Origin: Gloeobacterales cyanobacterium
Lineage (GTDB): Bacteria; Cyanobacteriota; Cyanobacteriia; Gloeobacterales; PMM-0068
NCBI GenBank assembly: GCA_038245785.1
Contig: JBBRSB010000026.1
Span: 1-64,000, forward strand
Length of the DNA: 64,000 nucleotides
Direction: 5' to 3'
Made by a program: the position numbers and the translations under genes. Of the stretch, positions 59,063 to 64,000 are shown in pieces (position 1 is the stretch's first letter; each line of letters starts with the position of its first letter). The notes under the pieces were generated by a model. The model made no database searches. It was not told the DNA's origin and saw only the letters and a list, made by a program, of their open reading frames with translations.

Positions 59063-59590
59063 CTAGCGAGCTGCTGCAGGTGTGCGGTCAGCGACAGAAA
59101 CAGCTGTTTGCAGATGGGCCTCTAAGAACCAAAGGCGCTTATCAATAGCCCGTGAGACTTCCGTGTAGAGGTCAGCGGTATCCGCATCGTCAAGGCTATT
59201 GGAAGCGTCAATGTTTTGCCGCACAGACTTAGCGTAGAGGGCCAGGCGGGTGGCAAGTGCTTCTACATGGTCTTTGCCTTCAAAAATCTCTAAAGGATAC
59301 TCGGGCAAGGTGGAGCGTTCCGCTGCGACCCGAGCCGTTCCAAAAGCAACTCCACCAAGCGTTATTGCCCGCTCAGCTACCATGTCTACATATTCTTCCA
59401 GCTCCGTGGCTATTTCATCAAAGAGTTCATGTAACTGGTAGAAGTTCATCCCTTTGACATTCCAATGGGCTTGTTTCACCTGAGTTTTCAGGTCTAGGGT
59501 GTCGGCCAGGGTTTGGTTCAGCAAGTCAACAATCTGTGAACGAGTTTCTAGCGGAAGGTCAATCCGTGTACTGTGATATTGACTTTTCAT
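59063..59590 (-). CDS. dps: DNA starvation/stationary phase protection protein Dps
   Basis: KQAHWNVKG.NFYQLHELFD, DMVAERA, DKRLWFLEAH. Confidence 0.95.
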   Translation of the reverse strand: MKSQYHSTRIDLPLETRSQIVDLLNQTLADTLDLKTQVKQAHWNVKGMNFYQLHELFDEIATELEEYVDMVAERAITLGGVAFGTARVAAERSTLPEYPLEIFEGKDHVEALATRLALYAKSVRQNIDASNSLDDADTADLYTEVSRAIDKRLWFLEAHLQTAVSVADRTPAAAR

Positions 59591-59665
59591 AGCGGTTCGC
59601 TCCTTTTGCACAGGGTGAGGGCTTTTGGGCGTGAAGGCCGATGAGCAGAGTAGGTCCACTAACTT

Positions 59666-60382
59666 TCATGCTAGATCGAAAAGCAAAATTTCTGCTGTAG
59701 CGTCTGTGCCGATCGTTAGAGATTCTGCGCCGTTGATTTGTACACCATCGCCTGCACTGAGGGGCTCACCGTTCAAGGTTATCCGGCCCTTGGCGATCTG
59801 TAGCCAAGCATAGCGATTCGGTCTTACCTCAAAAGTGACGGTATTTTGAGGCGCCAACACCGCAGCGTAAATATCTACGTCTTGATGAATCGTAACTGCT
59901 CCATCCCGGCCATCCTTCGCCGCGATCAGACACAATTTGTTTTTCTTCTCTTCAAGAGGAAAAGCGCGTTGCTCGTATCGGGGTTTCAATCCCTGCTCAT
60001 CCGGAAGAATCCAAATTTGCAGTAGGTGAACAGGCTCTGTTTGGGAGTGATTAAATTCACTATGGGCAATGCCTGTACCTGCACTCATAATCTGGGCATC
60101 TCCGGGCATAATCACAGACCCTGTACCCAAACTATCCTTGTGTTCCAGAGCCCCTTCTAAGACATAGGTCAGAATTTCCATATCTTTGTGCGGATGGGTG
60201 CCAAAACCAGCCCCAGGAATAACACGGTCTTCATTGATCACCCGCAAGGAGCGAAAGCCCATCCTGTTAGGGTCATAGAAGTTGCTAAAGGAAAAAGTGT
60301 GGTAGCTGTCGAGCCAACCAATCTTGGCGTGACCACGAGCATCTCTGTCATGAATAAGATGATTCCTAACTTCTTGAATCAC
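59666..60382 (-). CDS. Pirin family protein
   Basis: [38 protein letters not shown]. Confidence 0.95.
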   Translation of the reverse strand: MIQEVRNHLIHDRDARGHAKIGWLDSYHTFSFSNFYDPNRMGFRSLRVINEDRVIPGAGFGTHPHKDMEILTYVLEGALEHKDSLGTGSVIMPGDAQIMSAGTGIAHSEFNHSQTEPVHLLQIWILPDEQGLKPRYEQRAFPLEEKKNKLCLIAAKDGRDGAVTIHQDVDIYAAVLAPQNTVTFEVRPNRYAWLQIAKGRITLNGEPLSAGDGVQINGAESLTIGTDATAEILLFDLA

Positions 60383-60545
60383 GGTAAACCTCTCTAGGCG
60401 GAACGTCCTTCTTCCTTTTTAGCGGATGCAGCTGAAAAATAAGCCAACCACTATTCTTCTCTAATGGTAAGGCCTGTCCTGAAGAACACTGGTAGAAGCT
60501 TGACGCAGTTGTTAGGGTAGAAGGGATTTTTAGAGGGTTTCTAGC

Positions 60546-60860
60546 ATGAATCAACCCAGTAAGCCCAATCCAGAGCAGAAAGAGACTTCCGGCAGCGTCG
60601 AGAGTCTGCAGTCTGCCGGGGAAGATATTGGTTATAATCTGACTCCAGAATCAGTGAACACCCAACCAACGCCCCAAGACCTCTTAACGGCAGCATCAGC
60701 CTATGCCCTTTCAAAAGTGGGAACGGGCTCAACCATTTCCAACTTCCAAATGACCTCTGAAAAGCCAGAAGTCTGGGAAGGAACGGTGACCAGAGGAGGG
60801 ACCGTAAAAGCGATCATCGGCAAACGGGTTCCTGGTGGCTACAAGTTTTCGGTGCAATAG
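60546..60860 (+). CDS. Hypothetical protein
   Basis: 104-aa ATG ORF in an otherwise free space. Confidence 0.55.
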   Translation: MNQPSKPNPEQKETSGSVESLQSAGEDIGYNLTPESVNTQPTPQDLLTAASAYALSKVGTGSTISNFQMTSEKPEVWEGTVTRGGTVKAIIGKRVPGGYKFSVQ

Positions 60861-60902
60861 AGCTAACCTGGATCTAACATCTATCTCCTAAGATTTCTCT
60901 CT

Positions 60903-62009
60903 ATGGCTCAAAGTTTCCGGTTTTCCTTGAAATATGGGTCATTCTTTTTGCTAGTAGGGCTTTTAATCTGGAGTGCTGGGTCGGTTTCAGCCGCCCAGAT
61001 TGAGGACTCTAATAAGCTCCTTACGCGCTACCACCAAGCCTTGCAAGGGCTGACTTCCCCACCTCAGAAACGCTATACTCAGCAGACCCAAACGTCCAGT
61101 TGGCAAGAAGGTATCGCTACGGCAGACTTCCGCTTTCAAGAGGATGGTAGCTGGGAAGCCCAAATTCAGGATGGAGATAAACTGCGCACGCTCAATTCTT
61201 CTCAAGTGGAACTGGTGGACCAGGGTGACCGCCTGCGTATGTATTCCCTCTATGTGCAGCAACCCGAAAAGCTGGCCCCCTATGTGGCTATCGATTTGGA
61301 TGCAACGCCAGAATCCTATACCTCTGTGGTCATGGAAACGAGGGAATTAGGGGGTAAACCCGTTGATTATCTACAGCTCAAACCCAACAACAGAGGCCGC
61401 CTTCGTGAACTATGGCTAGATCCTGAAACGGCGCTACCGCGACGTGCCAAGCTCTATCTATCTGGAGTTTGGGGGGTTGCCAACATGACCTTAGATTTTC
61501 AGCCTGTTGAAACCTACTGGTTACCGCTACAGACCCGTATGGAAATCGACATGAATTTCTGGGTACCCGCTGGTCTTTCCCAACGAACCTTTAAGGGTTT
61601 AGTGGATATTGGCAGCCAGTACACAGACTATCAACTGGGCACGCAAGCCGTTCAGCCCTTACCTGCAGCAGCTCCTCCAACCCAAACGGCTAAATCTCCA
61701 GCAGAGAATAATGGCAAGTCTGATAAAACCGAAAGTAGTCCGCCTAAGGATAGCTCTCTGGGCAAACCTTTAGAGGTGGGTGTCTCTACCCAGAAATCTT
61801 CTTCTCTCTTGGCCGACCGAATCGCTGATTTTAATTTGAGCAAACCAGATCTGAGCGATCCAAAAACCCATATCAACACGTTCTATACGTTAAGGATGGG
61901 CAAGACGAGCCTGCTGATGTATCTTTTCCGTTTCGACAGTAAACAGCCTCTAGTACCTATTGAACCAGCCAACACACGGGGAGATTCCTTCAAAATCTTT
62001 GGGAATTAA
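60903..62009 (+). CDS. Exported hypothetical protein (LolA-like beta-rich fold possible)
   Basis: Signal peptide, LQLKP....ELWLDPET.LP pattern and a Pro/Ser-rich linker. Confidence 0.65.
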   Translation: MAQSFRFSLKYGSFFLLVGLLIWSAGSVSAAQIEDSNKLLTRYHQALQGLTSPPQKRYTQQTQTSSWQEGIATADFRFQEDGSWEAQIQDGDKLRTLNSSQVELVDQGDRLRMYSLYVQQPEKLAPYVAIDLDATPESYTSVVMETRELGGKPVDYLQLKPNNRGRLRELWLDPETALPRRAKLYLSGVWGVANMTLDFQPVETYWLPLQTRMEIDMNFWVPAGLSQRTFKGLVDIGSQYTDYQLGTQAVQPLPAAAPPTQTAKSPAENNGKSDKTESSPPKDSSLGKPLEVGVSTQKSSSLLADRIADFNLSKPDLSDPKTHINTFYTLRMGKTSLLMYLFRFDSKQPLVPIEPANTRGDSFKIFGN

Positions 62010-62625
62010 TTGAAAAAATGTCCTGATAGATCTAGTCAGATTGTTAATTCATGGGTGCTTAGCTAAGCTAGACGACACATATATCTGAAGGCAAAATCTG
62101 TCCGTATAGGGAATTTGAATATTCAACTGGGCCGCTCATGAGTCCTAGATCGATAAGTACCCTCGTAGGGTCTACCTTCGCCCAGGCAAATAATCCTATC
62201 TACTACTAACTAGATGGTCAGTAATTGGGGATGGTGCGATGGCGCGGAAGCTTGAAAAGCAATGCCCATGAGGGAAATGGTCAAGCTCTTCGTCGATGCA
62301 AAACATCTTGCAGAGACAGGGCTTTAGCCAATACTGAGGCTCTAGAAAACTTGGACATGTGAACCCCTGGTGGTGAACAGAAAATTAACTGACTCCGAAG
62401 GTCAGGTTCAGTCTCGCTTTAGGGAATTGTATATCAAGAGGCTTTACGGGGTTCTGGTGCGGCCTGGAAACTACCGCCCTGCTGAAGTTTGTGTGACATA
62501 GCAGGCGATAAGATTAACCATTCCATAGGAGGCCGCGTCTTTCATTAACCTAGATCGAATATTAACAATACTAATAAATAAGGGTAAGAATGCTAATAAT
62601 GTTACATGGAGAAAGAGGTTGAAAT

Positions 62626-62790
62626 ATGACAATGACGACAGTCTACCTGAAAGGTGGGAAAAATATACAAGTTCCCCTTGAGGAACTTGAGGACTATCTA
62701 GAAAATAATCGGGACCAGATTGAAACACGTTATCACAAGGTAGGCAGACCCCGAATCCTCGAACCTCAAAGTTCCTCATCTGCCAAATAG
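62626..62790 (+). CDS. Small hypothetical protein (54 aa)
   Basis: GAGG RBS; MTMTTVYLKGGKNIQVPLEELEDYLENNRDQIETRYHKVGRPRILEPQSSSSAK. It is below the ORF-track cutoff. Confidence 0.55.
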   Translation: MTMTTVYLKGGKNIQVPLEELEDYLENNRDQIETRYHKVGRPRILEPQSSSSAK

Positions 62791-62846
62791 TCCAAGAAAT
62801 GAAATAGCTAGAAAAGCAGTCCCAAATTATAGAGACTGCTTTTGTT

Positions 62847-63119
62847 TTAGCAGTAAATGATGACGGATTGATTAGATAGCTCACCTTGAAACCTGCTGTT
62901 ATTCACATCCGCTTCAGTTTCTGCGAAAAAGACATTGCAATTGGCAAAAGCCCGAAAGCGCGTTTCTGAGTTATCCCCAGGTCTGTCCAAATAGGGCTTT
63001 TCCTGGCCTAAATCAACGTAAGCATAAAGAATTGCCTTTCTTCGCACTTCTCCATAGACACAACCATTAGAGCAGGCGGCTTCAAATTCTTGAGGAGAAA
63101 CTTTAATTTTTAGATTCAT
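62847..63119 (-). CDS. Hypothetical protein
   Basis: 90 aa, overlapping the upstream ORF in an operon-like way. Confidence 0.45.
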   Translation of the reverse strand: MNLKIKVSPQEFEAACSNGCVYGEVRRKAILYAYVDLGQEKPYLDRPGDNSETRFRAFANCNVFFAETEADVNNSRFQGELSNQSVIIYC

Positions 63120-63537
63120 TGAGGATTACCTTAAAGGCGCGTTGTGATTTCCAATTCCCTTGTATGACTAATCCCAATGCGAAAACTGAGCAGTTTTTAG
63201 GATATCTTCCTGGACCATCACGACCTATATTTACAGTGAAACTGATTAGAGCCCCGCATTGGCTTTTAATGTTTGCGACATCTAGAGAGTGCGGAGGCTG
63301 TTTTTCACTAGGAAGTAACAGAGAGTGGCACCTAGTAAGCTCGCAGTAGAAGACTTTATTCGTCTTGCTGGAACCTGCTTTGAGCCTGTGAATGCCATCT
63401 CTCAAAAAACTCTGGCCATACCAAGGTTCCAGGGTTTGTCTAGAAATACTAAAAACATCAGGGCAATCTTTTGTAAAGATAGAGAAGGTAAGGGCTTGAA
63501 GTATCGGCGGTCTAGTAATAGACTTTGCGGTAAGCAT
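63103..63537 (-). CDS. Hypothetical protein
   Basis: 144 aa with a GAGGA RBS before the ATG. Confidence 0.45.
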   Translation of the reverse strand: MLTAKSITRPPILQALTFSIFTKDCPDVFSISRQTLEPWYGQSFLRDGIHRLKAGSSKTNKVFYCELTRCHSLLLPSEKQPPHSLDVANIKSQCGALISFTVNIGRDGPGRYPKNCSVFALGLVIQGNWKSQRAFKVILNESKN

Positions 63538-64000
63538 GCAAATTCCTCGGTATTGAATTTGATGCTTTGCCTAGTTGACTGGAAGTGTTACGAGCACCTC
63601 CAGTCATTATTTTTGACTAATAAAGCATCAACACAAACCAACATCCCTGAAAAAAGCAGGGATGTCAAGGCACAGCCCCCTACATATAGCACATGAGTAC
63701 TTTTACTTGAAAAAGAAAAGTAATGTTTCTCCAAAAGAACTTTATCTGGCAAGGGTTACAGGCTCTAAATACTAATTAGATGAATTGATTAACTAGGTAT
63801 TCCTGGTAATTCGCCAGGAACATAAGTAAGCGCACTTAGATTTTTTTAAAAAAGAAAAGCCCATTTCAGCACAGAAGATAAATGGGTACTCCAACCACTA
63901 ATTGTGAGAGCAATAACAAGAATTTCTAATCGTATAGAGATGCTCTATATCTGCGGTGGAAGGGCTTTTGCGGATAGCGACTAGCACATTTAGATGCATT

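Noticed and set aside
62100..62470. tRNA, tmRNA or RNase P gene
   Set aside because: I could not recognise a cloverleaf, T-loop or other conserved ncRNA core.
62471..62884. 137-aa minus-strand ORF
   Set aside because: It overlaps the better-supported 54-aa plus-strand ORF that has an RBS.

Overview
This is a 64-kb chromosomal window from a cyanobacterium. Markers include an Slr0320-type radical SAM protein, Uma2, DUF2887-Rpn and sucrose synthase. I noticed no HIP1 GCGATCGC octamers by eye, which would fit an early-branching Gloeobacterales-like lineage (inference). Housekeeping genes are proS, radA, gap, purH, folD, sbcD, trmJ, rpsB-tsf, coaE, cysE, ppk1 and dps. The most structured accessory region is an integrase-free ~8.8-kb island between the convergent gap and purH genes. 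It contains three copies of the purH 3' end, two copies of the gap 3' end and a 240-bp direct repeat that gives two antitoxin-like genes the same upstream region and N-terminus but different C-termini. Its cargo is a PIN toxin pseudogene, a NACHT NTPase and a three-gene Cap4-nuclease Lamassu-like system. Other notable items are a FixAB/FixCX-like ETF operon, an IS605 (tnpA+tnpB) whose exact insertion into a lipoprotein gene and TTTAA target can be reconstructed, an IS5-family end truncating a PIN toxin, a candidate nested RpnS antitoxin, and two small exported peptides sharing a 20-aa motif. All calls come from motif recognition by eye; no database searches were run.
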